A stretch of 64,000 bases of DNA, taken from a virus (lineage: Duplodnaviria > Caudoviricetes). The number at the start of each line of letters is the position of its first letter. Within the stretch, counting starts at the first letter, position 1. Positions 51,352-61,183 of the stretch are shown one piece after another. The stretch lies in IMG/VR virus record IMGVR_UViG_3300044675_007236; one strand, written 5' to 3'. The notes below the pieces were generated by a model that worked only from the letters and a program-made list of their open reading frames with translations, was not told the DNA's origin and did no database searches. The position numbers and the translations under genes are program-made.

Positions 51352-52043
51352 TATTCTTCTTCTTTCTGTTTAAATTCACCGCAAAAATCTGTTTTCCACT
51401 TTACTTTTGTACTGGGGTAACGAGTACAGCGTATTTGCTGTTCGTGTTTGTTCATTGCTTCCAGCCAGTTTGATCTCAGTATGTTGTGCACAACTCTATC
51501 GAAATTATGCGGCTCAGTCTGCCAACTAAAACACAAAAATCTGTGTGTAGTTTTTTCCGGAGTATCTGGCGGCTGCTCGCCGCTTGGCGGCGGTATAGTT
51601 CTGGCATAACAGCAGTTCTTACACATCTGTCGCATAGGTTTTGGTTTGTCTTCCTTTAATTTCATAGTAAACGGATTTTGTCATCTCTTCAGCTAGTTTT
51701 TCAATTTCTTGGTGATCCCGTGACCAACAAGAAGTATTTTCCCGTTTTGGAAAGCCAGAATTCCACCATTCTTCGTTTGTGTCTACGCAAGGTGTTTCCG
51801 ATAGCCCGTCGATTACCACCTGCGTCATTTCGTTGACGATTACTTTTCACCAATGCAGCGAGAAATTGTCAATGTGATTTACCTGAGCTGTTAGAATAAC
51901 TTTGTTATCGTTTAGAAAACGTTGACGTATGTCCGGTAAGGCTAAAAGCAACTTTTGTCGTAACGGTGCGTCTATAGTTTTTTCTTTGACCGCTGCTTGC
52001 CTTTTTGCAAGCAGCGGGTAGAACTGATTGTTGTGCGACACTG

Positions 52044-52295
52044 TTAAACTCTTCTTCCGCGGCCAGAGACAGTAGCACAGCCGTAGCCGCCGCCATCGCC
52101 GTGGCCGTCGCCGTCGCCGTAGCCGTGGCCGTCGCCGTCGCCGTAGCCGTATCCGTCGCCGTTGCCGTCGCCGTTGCCGTTGCCGTAGCCGTTGCCGTAG
52201 CCCCAGCCGTAGCCCCAGCCGTAGCCGTAGCCGTAGCCGTTGCCGTAGCCGTCGCCACGACCTACTGGTTTAAAACTTTGTTCAACGTTTGGCAT
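52044..52295 (-). CDS. Gly-rich repeat cassette, type B (solo copy)
   Basis: MPNVEQSFKPVG...CATVSGRGRR; followed by an 11-bp perfect hairpin at 51990-52017. Confidence 0.7.
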   Translation of the reverse strand: MPNVEQSFKPVGRGDGYGNGYGYGYGWGYGWGYGNGYGNGNGDGNGDGYGYGDGDGHGYGDGDGHGDGGGYGCATVSGRGRRV

Positions 52296-52492
52296 TACTG
52301 TCTAACTCCTACAGCCGCCTTAATTTCAGGTAGGTTATACTCTGGCTTTAGCGTCTGCTTGTCAGGTTGTTCGCCAATCAACGCGTCTTTTAGCGGTTGC
52401 GTTGCCTTGACACAGCTGCCGCCGGTGTAGCCGTTTGCTTCGATGGTTGTGTTACCGTCGACAGCTACAATGATTGTGATTATCTTTTCCAT
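52295..52492 (-). CDS. DUF2997-like protein
   Basis: I.V..DG...IEANGYTGGSCVKATQPL..AL...KPEY. Confidence 0.75.
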   Translation of the reverse strand: MEKIITIIVAVDGNTTIEANGYTGGSCVKATQPLKDALIGEQPDKQTLKPEYNLPEIKAAVGVRQ

Positions 52493-52493
52493 A

Positions 52494-53192
52494 CTATCTT
52501 CCTCTCACTTGGTAAACGATTCGACCGTCAGGTAATTTTTGCTTGCTGACTTGCCCGTAAGCTGGATTTTGCATTGATTGTTGCCGTTCAATAGCTCTTT
52601 CAGTGGCCCTCGCGGCGTAGCTTTGTTTGAGCTCGTTTGCCCAGGCATCTACCCCACCTTTGCTAGTATGCTGGCCGACGCCCTTCGCCCGAAGCAAACC
52701 GTTTCCTTGCGAATAAAAATCAGTCATCATGATGTATTCGCCCTTTTGGAAAGGATGCGGTACTAGCCCTATCTCGTAGGCTTGTGGCTTATTTTCCGAA
52801 GCTTTGTATCGGATGACATACTGACTATCTTTACTCATGCGATTCTTAACGATGTTTTCGTATTCGTTACGCACAGAAGAGTTATTGAGGAGCTTTTTTT
52901 GAGTCACCAAATCCCAAGGATTGTTCTCGAGATCGCGAGTGTTGACGGGAAGTGTGACGCCCAGCTCAGCTGCAATCTTAACTAAATCCAAGCCCTTTGC
53001 TTTAAGGTTTTCGGCTAGAATTGTTTGGTATACGCCTGGAATCGGGTAGTCTCCAGCAAGCCGCCCGTGATCGGTAATCCAGGTGCGATACTTTGTACCT
53101 TCGACTAACTCGAGTTGAGGACACTGTTTTTCCACAACCTGCTTCAGTGCAGTAATATCCTTAACGCAGAAACCATTAACTAAGTGACTCAT
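52494..53192 (-). CDS. DUF1257-like protein (with insertion)
   Basis: MSH....VKDITAL...; C-terminal LKQSYA..A..RA; precedes the DUF2997-like gene. Confidence 0.55.
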   Translation of the reverse strand: MSHLVNGFCVKDITALKQVVEKQCPQLELVEGTKYRTWITDHGRLAGDYPIPGVYQTILAENLKAKGLDLVKIAAELGVTLPVNTRDLENNPWDLVTQKKLLNNSSVRNEYENIVKNRMSKDSQYVIRYKASENKPQAYEIGLVPHPFQKGEYIMMTDFYSQGNGLLRAKGVGQHTSKGGVDAWANELKQSYAARATERAIERQQSMQNPAYGQVSKQKLPDGRIVYQVRGR

Positions 53193-53414
53193 TTTCGCTC
53201 TCCAAACAAAACCTACGGGATAAAAAACACTTATTTTCTTCGTCGCCCCAAAACCCCAAGTGACTGAGCCTAGACTTATCTGGTTCTCTGACTTTTTCTG
53301 GATTTGCTAGAATCCTAAGAACGCCTGATTCGCAGGCAATCGGATAGTTTAAGTGGTCGGCGTATTTCGAAAATATGAACAACGCTTCAAGCAGCTCAGA
53401 CATGTTTACTCCAT

Positions 53415-53451
53415 AAAAAAACCACCCGGCCAGAAACTCCAGCCGGGTGGT
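53415..53451 (-). terminator. Rho-independent terminator
   Basis: Minus strand ACCACCCGGC stem / GCCGGGTGGT followed by a T run. Confidence 0.75.
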
Positions 53452-53470
53452 ACACCTGCGGAAATAAAAA

Positions 53471-53731
53471 CTAGCGACAGCAACGTGTTCGACGAGCAAA
53501 CACGCGTTTTGCTGGCTGCGTTGTGGCTGCAACTGCCTTTCGTGTACTACAAGCTGCAAGCTGCACAGTTTGCTCTGCTACGCCTACAACAGCCTCGGTA
53601 ACACCGACAACCTGAGTTGCTGCGACAGCGACTACACTGCGAACCGGTCGCTGACAAGTGCCTGTGCTGCAATCTTGAGCCGACGCGAAACCTGCACTAA
53701 GGGCAGCCAATACGAACACAAACTTCTTCAT
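53471..53731 (-). CDS. Small secreted protein, planctomycete-style
   Basis: Signal peptide MKKFVFVLAALSAGFASA then DCSTGTCQRPVR and basic Cys-containing tail RRTRCCR. Confidence 0.6.
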   Translation of the reverse strand: MKKFVFVLAALSAGFASAQDCSTGTCQRPVRSVVAVAATQVVGVTEAVVGVAEQTVQLAACSTRKAVAATTQPAKRVFARRTRCCR

Positions 53732-54495
53732 TCTTCTGCTCCTGATAAGTATACTATTTGTTGCAGCTGACGAACCACAACTTCTGTCGAACCGTTGCTC
53801 AATGGTAGCATACGCAGCTGGTCCATCAAGCCCTGCATGTTTTCCAGGTACATCGTACGCAGATCACCTGTTTTTTCCTGCTGCATTTCGTAGATAGCCG
53901 AATACATTTCCGGGTCGTCGGCATACTCTGCGTCTACTTTGCTTGCACTGTCGTCACTCATTGCAAATTTCAGGACATCGAAGGGTTTTAGTATACCCTC
54001 CTCACGGAGTACTTGTCTGATGTACTCCTGAATTTCTGCCGAAAACTCGGTGTCCTCTGGATCCTCGTTAGGAGGGTACAGCAGTAATGCTTCCGTGATT
54101 CCTAGAAGCATTTCACCGGCATCAGCAGGTTCAAACTCGTCTGGTTGAAAATCATCGCCAGAAAGGATGTTGCAGATCTCGACAAACCGAGTTACGTCTT
54201 TGTAGAAGTAATTCGTTGTCAAAATCGTTATAGCTGCCATAATTTTGTCCAACGTGATCTTAGGCAGCTTCAATTGAAAATCCTGCTCTAATTCCAGCCT
54301 GATTGTAGCCGGTGCCCAAGAGAGTACGTCTGTTCCGTACTTGTCTAAGACAAGTAGTATCAAAGGCGTTGCGTAAGCTTCTTCGGCTGCAAGCAGCGTA
54401 CGCTGGGCTAGCTTTGCAGCTTGTGGCTGACTAATCGAACTGTTGGCCCGCTTTATTAGCGATTGCATTAACGCTGACGCTGCTTTTTGATCCAT
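53728..54495 (-). CDS. Conserved large-phage hypothetical protein
   Basis: 255-aa acidic helical ORF; function not recognised. Confidence 0.5.
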   Translation of the reverse strand: MDQKAASALMQSLIKRANSSISQPQAAKLAQRTLLAAEEAYATPLILLVLDKYGTDVLSWAPATIRLELEQDFQLKLPKITLDKIMAAITILTTNYFYKDVTRFVEICNILSGDDFQPDEFEPADAGEMLLGITEALLLYPPNEDPEDTEFSAEIQEYIRQVLREEGILKPFDVLKFAMSDDSASKVDAEYADDPEMYSAIYEMQQEKTGDLRTMYLENMQGLMDQLRMLPLSNGSTEVVVRQLQQIVYLSGAEE

Positions 54496-54982
54496 GTTTT
54501 TTTCTCTGTATTAGTGCCAGGCAGTCGCAAGTTATGAATGTGATTGCAGGCTGAGGTAAGCGTTCAACTTCTTCGGCAGTCGCCGTATCCCAAAAAGAAT
54601 CATCAGTCCAAGATGGGATCCACCTGCTGTCGCATATAACCAAATTGAAAAGTCGTACGCTTTTTGCAGACAACGTCGATATCTCGATCGCGGTTATGTT
54701 GTCTGTATTTAGGAATTTGATTATATCGTAAATCTGCGACTCAGAGAACATATTTAGATGCTCAAGCCATTCCACAAGCCAAACGACTTGGTCGTGGCAA
54801 GAACCTGTAGCGTGTTTCAACCGTTTGATTTTGTTTGAATCCATAGTCAATAGCTAAAAAAAAGTCACACAAACCGTAACAAAAGTAAAGAAACAAAGTC
54901 GCAAGAGGGCTTGTTTATTTTAGGGATAAACAAGCCGCTCCTGCGACTAATAGTTTGTTACCTGGTACGAGCCTTCGGCGGT

Positions 54983-55576
54983 TTACGCCGATTTGTGTTC
55001 TTGGTCTTTTTCAATCGTCGCTTTGAAGCCGAAGTTTCCAGCAACGTGATAGCAGATGATGCCTTCGGGCCGCATGAATCCGACTCTTGCGTGGCTACCT
55101 CCCATTTGTAGTTCTTTAAGAGCTTCGTACACTCGGGCAGTGTCGAACAAGCCCTGATACAAAATAGGAACCAAACCGCAGCACGAAGGCAACCGCTGTT
55201 GGTACTTCTCAATTCGAGGGTCTGCGGTTGCAATTCGTTTTGGCTCTTGACCAGGTAAACACCACCTTGCCACGTTGAAAAGACTCCATCGCTTTTCTCC
55301 GTTGGTCAAGCCATACCCTCGCTGGATTCCACTGCCCCACCATTCTCCGAAGTGCGTACCAGGGCCTAGTTGCATCAATTCATCGCGGTGGGCCTCGGCC
55401 CACCCTGCGAATCCGAAATTGTCGTCTTGGGGCGTGATCCATCGCGACCGGCTACCGGTCAAAAACTGACCGTCCTCGGTGATGCAGACACAGGCGTTGG
55501 TCCCGTCGATCTTTTCCGTAATGATGCACTCTCGAAACATTCGAGGCATTTTCGGAAACGCTACAAACTCTTTCAT
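54983..55576 (-). CDS. RNA ligase (Rnl2-like nucleotidyltransferase domain)
   Basis: Motif I TEKIDGTN, GSRSR, FGEWWG (motif III), FNV (IIIa), PEGII (IV), C-terminal K; AGGAG RBS. Confidence 0.85.
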   Translation of the reverse strand: MKEFVAFPKMPRMFRECIITEKIDGTNACVCITEDGQFLTGSRSRWITPQDDNFGFAGWAEAHRDELMQLGPGTHFGEWWGSGIQRGYGLTNGEKRWSLFNVARWCLPGQEPKRIATADPRIEKYQQRLPSCCGLVPILYQGLFDTARVYEALKELQMGGSHARVGFMRPEGIICYHVAGNFGFKATIEKDQEHKSA

Positions 55577-55610
55577 TGTGATTCTCCTAAAGTAAAAGTA
55601 AAAGTAAAAA

Positions 55611-55730
55611 GGATCGGGCAGGTTTGGTTACCTGCTTACGGCTCGCAATCACAATCCAGCCATCGAGTGTATCTGGGATTGCTACTTTCATATCCGCTAT
55701 CTGTCGTAGTTACCGCCACGCCGCCGATCC
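55611..55730 (-). ncRNA. Atypical tRNA-like RNA 1 (120 nt, enlarged central region)
   Basis: Acceptor GGATCGG/CCGATCC, D-like arm CGT...ACG, T-like arm GCAGG-TAACCAAA-CCTGC. Confidence 0.55.
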
Positions 55731-55738
55731 AAAAAATT

Positions 55739-55816
55739 AGCAGAGGTTGGAACCCGACTCCAACACGCACAGGCACTATCTCAGCCCAGTTGTTCTTCCT
55801 CTTAAACTACTCTGCT
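55739..55816 (-). ncRNA. Degenerate tRNA-like RNA 2 (78 nt)
   Basis: Acceptor AGCAGAG/CTCTGCT, TA, D arm GTTT/GAAC, T stem GTTGG/CCAAC with non-canonical loop; irregular anticodon arm. Confidence 0.55.
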
Positions 55817-55822
55817 AATAAA

Positions 55823-55948
55823 AGACCTGGCAGGATTGGTTACCTGCTTAGGGATGGTTACGTGCCAGAACGCCCACCTAGGGTAAATTCTGTACTCATC
55901 ACTCCTATTTTAGTCTATGACTGTGTGTAACTTCCACACCGCTGGTCT
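55823..55948 (-). ncRNA. Atypical tRNA-like RNA 3 (126 nt)
   Basis: Acceptor AGACCAG/CAGGTCT (one mismatch), D arm GTGT/ACAC, T-like arm GCAGG-TAACCAAT-CCTGC nearly identical to RNA 1. Confidence 0.55.
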
Positions 55949-56089
55949 TAAGTTGATTAGGTCAACCACTCCCTTTCCAATTCACTTCGCATACTTGTTA
56001 CCAAATAATTCGTGAAATTAAGTCCGTCAACTTTCGCGAGAGCCGCCAGACACAGGAAATAGAAAAACTAGCTTTTAAAGTAAAGTTAA

Positions 56090-56181
56090 AGGACCGGCCA
56101 GGAATTACCACAATAACCTGCAGGTTCTCTTCTGGGTCACGACCTCCCAAAAGGAACACCTAGCCGTTAGACACCGATCCT
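56090..56181 (-). ncRNA. Atypical tRNA-like RNA 4 (92 nt)
   Basis: Acceptor AGGATCGG/CCGGTCCT, D-like arm TCTA/TAGG, CAGG...CCTG T-like arm with enlarged loop; T-rich trailer shared with RNA 1. Confidence 0.45.
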
Positions 56182-56210
56182 TTTAACTTAGGCAATCACA
56201 GCCGTAGTGG

Positions 56211-56510
56211 CTAGACGCCCCAGTTAGCGTCAACCGGGATGCTGAAGATTTCCGCGTTTTGCGGGATATCGACAGGCTGGTCCAGTTTCTTCAATGTAAC
56301 CTTACTGCTCTTTGGATCTTTCAGCATCCCGTCGAACCCAATCTGCTCCCACTTGAAAACGTGTACGGCATTTTGAAGCAAAAGTCTACCGTTTTCTCGT
56401 GTCAGATCTCCAGCGAAAATCCATCCGCGATCAACTACGACCACGTGCCGGTTTCCGGTAGTTTCCCGAACAAACTTTACACCATCAACAATTACAGAAT
56501 CATTAGCCAC
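56211..56510 (-). CDS. DUF6948-like small beta-rich phage protein
   Basis: HVVVVDRGWIFAG....LQNA.HVFKW..IGFDGML; from recollection, a family often found next to GDGYG-repeat genes. Confidence 0.65.
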   Translation of the reverse strand: MANDSVIVDGVKFVRETTGNRHVVVVDRGWIFAGDLTRENGRLLLQNAVHVFKWEQIGFDGMLKDPKSSKVTLKKLDQPVDIPQNAEIFSIPVDANWGV

Positions 56511-56612
56511 AATAAAACCCTTTCAAAAGACTAAACCACTCTGACAACACCGGAAACATTCTCAGTGTCGCTGCCCGCCGGTTTAAAGCAGGCAGAATAA
56601 AATCTTACTAAA

Positions 56613-56885
56613 CTAACGTCTGCCGCTTCCAGAGACAGTAGCAAAGCCGTAGCCGCAGCCGTCGCCGTCGCCGTTACCGTCGCCGTCGCCGTAACCGTAG
56701 CCGTTGCCGTTGCCGTTGCCGTTGCCGCCACCGTTGCCGTCGCTGGTGCCGTAGCCGTAGCCGTAGCTGCCGCCACCGTAGCCGTTACCGTCGCCGTAGC
56801 CGTAGCCGTAGCTGCCGCCACCGTAGCCGTTACCGTCGCCGTAGCCACGACCTACTGGTTTAAAACTTTGTTCAACGTTTGGCAT
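56613..56885 (-). CDS. Gly-rich repeat cassette, type B
   Basis: MPNVEQSFKPVG...FATVSGSGRR; downstream non-coding block shared with the 19.3-kb locus. Confidence 0.7.
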   Translation of the reverse strand: MPNVEQSFKPVGRGYGDGNGYGGGSYGYGYGDGNGYGGGSYGYGYGTSDGNGGGNGNGNGNGYGYGDGDGNGDGDGCGYGFATVSGSGRR

Positions 56886-56887
56886 AG

Positions 56888-57166
56888 CTAACTCCTTCTT
56901 CCACTGCCAGAAACAGTAGCAAAGCCGTAGCCGTAGCCATCACCGTAGCCGCAGCCGTAGCAATAAGCGGCACCGTTGCCGTAGCCAGAGCCGTAGCCGT
57001 CGTCAGAGCCGTAGCCGTAGCCGTAGCCGTAGCCGTTGCCGTAGCCGTAGCCGTTGCCGTCGCCAGAGCCGTAGCCGTAGCCGTTGCCGTCGCCAGAGCC
57101 GTTGCCGTGGCCGTAGCCGTAGCCATAGCCAGAGCCGTTGCCTACTGGTTTAAACGTATTTGGCAT
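56888..57166 (-). CDS. Gly-rich repeat cassette, type A (chimeric)
   Basis: MPNTFKPVG...; mosaic of the two 19-kb cassettes. Confidence 0.7.
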   Translation of the reverse strand: MPNTFKPVGNGSGYGYGYGHGNGSGDGNGYGYGSGDGNGYGYGNGYGYGYGYGSDDGYGSGYGNGAAYCYGCGYGDGYGYGFATVSGSGRRS

Positions 57167-58981
57167 CGCTACACCTTAGCCGTTATCTCAAACCCCACCT
57201 GATAATAAGCAGGCTTGACGTCCGGATGGTCGAACGGCAGTGGTTTACCGTCGGCGTCACGAAGGTCTTCAAGAGCTTTACCTTCTTTGTTTCGCGGATG
57301 GATAGCCTGGGCAAGTCCAGATATACCCGGACTACCCTTAATACCAGCGGCACTGGCAGCTTTTAACGCCTCATTCCTCGCGGCAGCCGAAGATAGCTCG
57401 TCGATTTGCTGCGGGAAAGTCTTAGCGTTTGACCTGACGGTAACAACCGCACGCGTGCCGCCGTTCCCCAGGATGCACTCGATAACCTCAATCATTGTAT
57501 GACCTTTCAAAATGAAACTAATCTACCTGCCAACCTGCGGCTAGCACTTCTTGTTCAGACGAATATGAGATAGTGTTCCCGTTTCCTCCGTCCCAAATGT
57601 AGCCTAGAAATACATCCTAGCTGTTTTCTAACAGAAAACCATGCTCTCGGTTACCCTCACGTTCGCGAATAACGCACAAGTAACGTGAACCGTCTGAAGC
57701 TTTAGGCCATTCTTTAAGCTCAAGTAAACCCATACTACCCTCACTTTAGTTTGAATTCTACTGCGGAAATAAAACTTCAACAAGTTCTGCGTATTTGCCT
57801 TCAACCTGTCGGGCTGTCGACTTTTCTTCTTGGGATTTTCGAACAACCTTTCGGTCAATCGCAACATCTTTCGGAGCCTGAAAAGCCATTCTCACGACTT
57901 TTGAGCTGCTTGATACCAAGTTGATCACGCTTTGCCCGTAACTGACAGGCTTGTCGTACGTGATATTCCTAGTAAAAGCAGCCTTGCCTAACGGCATAAA
58001 TCTAAACCTAGCAAAACCTTTTTCCGCGGCGAAAACTTGGATTTCGGTTTTACCAATAAAGAAACAACTTTCGTCGCTTGGGTTTTCGATGTTAGCGTCA
58101 ACCTTCACCGCGAAAGACAAGCCTCCAAATTGCTTAGACACTGATATTTTCCTTTCCGAAGTTTTCAAACTTCCACTCAAGCCGTCGTTCTGAAGCTAAA
58201 TTTTTCAGCCTTTTTTTCCAGCTAGATTCGAGAGCGTTGTCGTGAATGCATTGCAAGTTCGAAATAAGTCCTCTGTGTGCAAAGGGTACAATGACACGAT
58301 GACTTAACCTAGACCAGGTATCGCCTTCAAATTTAGCAGAGTAAGCCTTATCTGGTATTAGACAGCCTGCAGCGCACTTCCTACCCTGCTCATCACGATA
58401 AACGCAGTTTTCCTCTTGGTCTACTGACCGGCAGTTTTGCGTAAGCAGATGTTCAGCAACGCGGTCAAAACATTCTTGTTCAGTTTTGGGAAAATCTTCC
58501 CAAAGTTTCGGGTCGTAAGACATCATTCACTCCACAATATTAAAGGTTCAGTCTTTTGGTGCAGCTCAGCCAAGTCGCACGCGGTGAAGTACTCTAGCTG
58601 TCGCATCAGTTCCTCGGGCTCGAGGTGATCGTGATCACCGTCCATACCTACGAGGTGCGGTTGTTGCGGTTCAGGTTGGAAGCCATCAACCTCTTTTTGA
58701 GCGATCACGATATAGCCCCTGGCTACATAGGATCTCATTTTGCGAGCAAACTTTTGTCGAGGTTTTGCAACTTGAGGTACGGAACTCATGTTGAGAATCT
58801 TTCTTTTTACCAAACCGACGAATAAGAAACTGCGACGTTGCCGTTTCCGGAAATTTTGCTGTCGTAGACCTCTACATTATGCATGTAAACATCTACCTTC
58901 AGCATTTGTTGTCTAGGAGCAGTACAACCACATACTAAAACAATAGAAAGCAAAATCCATTTAATCATTATTTCCTCCTTG

Positions 58982-59019
58982 AAAAAGCCGCCCACCTAAG
59001 AAGGCAGGCGGCTTAAAAA
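58982..59019. terminator. Terminator-like hairpin
   Basis: AAGCCGCC/GGCGGCTT stem flanked by A/T runs; followed by TTTTTC on the minus strand. Confidence 0.55.
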
Positions 59020-59509
59020 CGCTTTTAGCCTGTGGCTAGCGGCTGTTAGCTGTATCCAGTACCGCTTGAGCCGCAGAAACCACCTTGAGCACATGCAGAT
59101 TTACTTGTTCAGGTTGTGCGGTTTCTGTGGGCTGTTCTGGTTCGATCCCAAGCATAGCACATGTCTCCAAGTACTTCTGCGCATGCGGAGTTACTTGTTC
59201 AGGTTGTGCGGTTTCTGCGGGCGGTTCCGGTTTGAACGGATACACAAAAAGTGTATCTGCTGCATTCGTGTTGTTGCGGATTGCGAACTTCACGCTGCGA
59301 GACCTGAGCTCGTGGCGGATCTCTTCTTGCGAAGCTCCGTCTTTCCGCAACGCAAATTCCAGCCCGATTGAATCAGCTGGCAGACTGTGGGCCTGCCTTG
59401 CGATTCTATCGAACCACTCCTTGCGATTCTTTTTCCTCATTGAACCTATCATACTCAATTCCTTTGAAAAAGGTTTAACGAACAAAGCAACATCAAAGAT
59501 GTCACACAA

Positions 59510-59583
59510 TGGGACTGCCCGGACTTGAACCGAGAACCGAGAGATTATGAGTCTCCTGCTCTAACCTATTGAGCTACAGTCCC
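59510..59583 (-). tRNA. tRNA-Ile2 (CAT anticodon, lysidine type), no encoded CCA
   Basis: GGGACTG TA GCTC AATAGGTTA GAGC A GGAGA CTCATAA TCTC...GGTTCAAGTCC..CAGTCCC A; the GACTCATAATC anticodon arm is typical of Ile2. Confidence 0.9.
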
Positions 59584-59591
59584 AATCGAAA

Positions 59592-59852
59592 CTAGATGTC
59601 TAGCTCTTTAAGAACAGCAAGGACTTCTTCTTTAGTACGTTCAGGATCATCATTCCAGTCAATTACTCTCATCCCCAAATGTTCTTTGAGTTTAGGGTAG
59701 TTCAAGTCCAAAGTACCAGTAGCTTTCAGTAACCCTACTGCGCAAAAGCTACAAGCTTGAGGATCATTAACTTCTACCCAGTGATCGAATGCGTTTCTTG
59801 CTAACGCTCCTTGACACCAGTCTTTTTCTTCTAACAGTTGCCAAGCTTTCAT
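59592..59852 (-). CDS. DUF6197-like paralog (cluster 1, c)
   Basis: MKAW..LE..WCQG...C..G...WND.PERTKEEV...LKELDI. Confidence 0.75.
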   Translation of the reverse strand: MKAWQLLEEKDWCQGALARNAFDHWVEVNDPQACSFCAVGLLKATGTLDLNYPKLKEHLGMRVIDWNDDPERTKEEVLAVLKELDI

Positions 59853-60121
59853 ATGTCTAGCTCCTTAAGTAAAGCGATGACTTCTTCCTTAGTGCGGTCG
59901 GGATGGTCGTTCCATTCCGTAATTTGCAAAGTGGAGTAAAGCGAGAGGTGATGTTCTAATTTTTTAAGTGCAGGGCTACCCGCACCTACCCGTTCTAAAG
60001 CTCCGCGGGTGCAAAAACTACAAGCCATAGCACTATCAATAGGAGCCGGAAGGCCTTCTGCATTTCTTGCCCATGCGTATTGACACCAGCCTTTTTCTTC
60101 TAACAATTCCCAAGCTTTCAT
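59849..60121 (-). CDS. DUF6197-like paralog (cluster 1, b)
   Basis: Same terminal motifs; ATGA stop/start overlap. Confidence 0.75.
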   Translation of the reverse strand: MKAWELLEEKGWCQYAWARNAEGLPAPIDSAMACSFCTRGALERVGAGSPALKKLEHHLSLYSTLQITEWNDHPDRTKEEVIALLKELDI

Positions 60122-60423
60122 ATATCAAGCTCCTTAAGCAAAGCGATGACTTCTTCTTTGGTACGTTCAGGATGGTCGTTCCAAACTGAAATTAACGCAT
60201 GTTGATCTGTTGCCTGCAATTTATCTTGCACGCTATTAACATCGTCATACACACCAATGGCGTCTACAGCTCCGTATTTCGATGTGTGTTTTCTGTCTAT
60301 CGCTCCGAAAATACAAAAGCTAACGGCTTTGTCGCTAATCGGGGAACAAGACCGCCCTTTGTCGCTTCTTGCGTTAACCTTTTGACACCAGCCGTTTTGC
60401 TCGATGATTTGCCAAGCCTTCAT
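60118..60423 (-). CDS. DUF6197-like paralog (cluster 1, a)
   Basis: Same terminal motifs. Confidence 0.75.
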   Translation of the reverse strand: MKAWQIIEQNGWCQKVNARSDKGRSCSPISDKAVSFCIFGAIDRKHTSKYGAVDAIGVYDDVNSVQDKLQATDQHALISVWNDHPERTKEEVIALLKELDI

Positions 60424-61183
60424 AAGCTAAACTCCTTAAGTAAAAAGAAAACAATTAGCTACAGAAATGATGTTCAGTAAGTGAATGCCGCTTCATCATG
60501 TCTTGTTCGACCATTTCTGCCCACTTTTCAAATTCACCGTTATCAAACGAATCTTCAACATCCAGAAAAGGAAAAACCCAACCCAGTTTATTGAAATTAG
60601 AACTGCAAATTTGAGGACCAAGATGACTTGGTCTTGCTGACGTGAATGGGCATTCGCAGTATTCACCGAGCAAGAACATGTATTCTGACAAGTACTGGTG
60701 TGGTAGATTTGGAACTACTGTCCTTGCCCAAAAGATATTATCCGATTTTCTCATTTTGACACGTTATCCGTTTAGAATCCGTTTAGAATCGCCTTGTCGA
60801 TGTTAGCTGCGGCAGCCGCTTCAGCGGCGATACAATCGGCGTTCGCTTGTTCCGACCACTCGCTGAAATCTTTCATCTTTTGCGTGTGATCAGTTTCTGT
60901 CTCTTGCTCGCGGATACAATCAGTATAGTCCGCAATAAATTCTTTAGCCCTTTCAAGTAAAAAAGCTGCTTCTTCAAGCGTACTGAGCATTTGCGAAAAC
61001 CCAGACACGTCATCGTAATCGTTGTCAACAAACCAGTTACGAACGTCTTCAATTGATGCTATATCTTTTCTCAAGGCGTATTGTTGACGACGTAGCAGAA
61101 TTTTCAGAGTATCTTTAGACATAGAAATATTCCTTAACAGAAAGAAAAAAACCGGAGCCTATCCCGACATGGTTGGGGTGGGT

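Noticed and set aside
55860-55925. Hammerhead ribozyme, box C motif or tmRNA-like tag ORF inside tRNA-like RNA 3 (GTGATGAG; AGGAG-TG-ATG...TAA)
   Set aside because: The hammerhead core CTGATGA...GAAA is incomplete, no box D partner is present, the SD-ATG spacing is too short and RNA 1 has no equivalent. Insufficient support.
55370-55930. 186-aa plus-strand ORF
   Set aside because: Antisense to the RNA ligase and the tRNA-like array, with no recognisable motif; probably spurious.
59036-59509. Internal ETAQPEQV duplication (25-bp direct repeat near 59102 and 59192)
   Set aside because: Simple intragenic duplication with no further structure.
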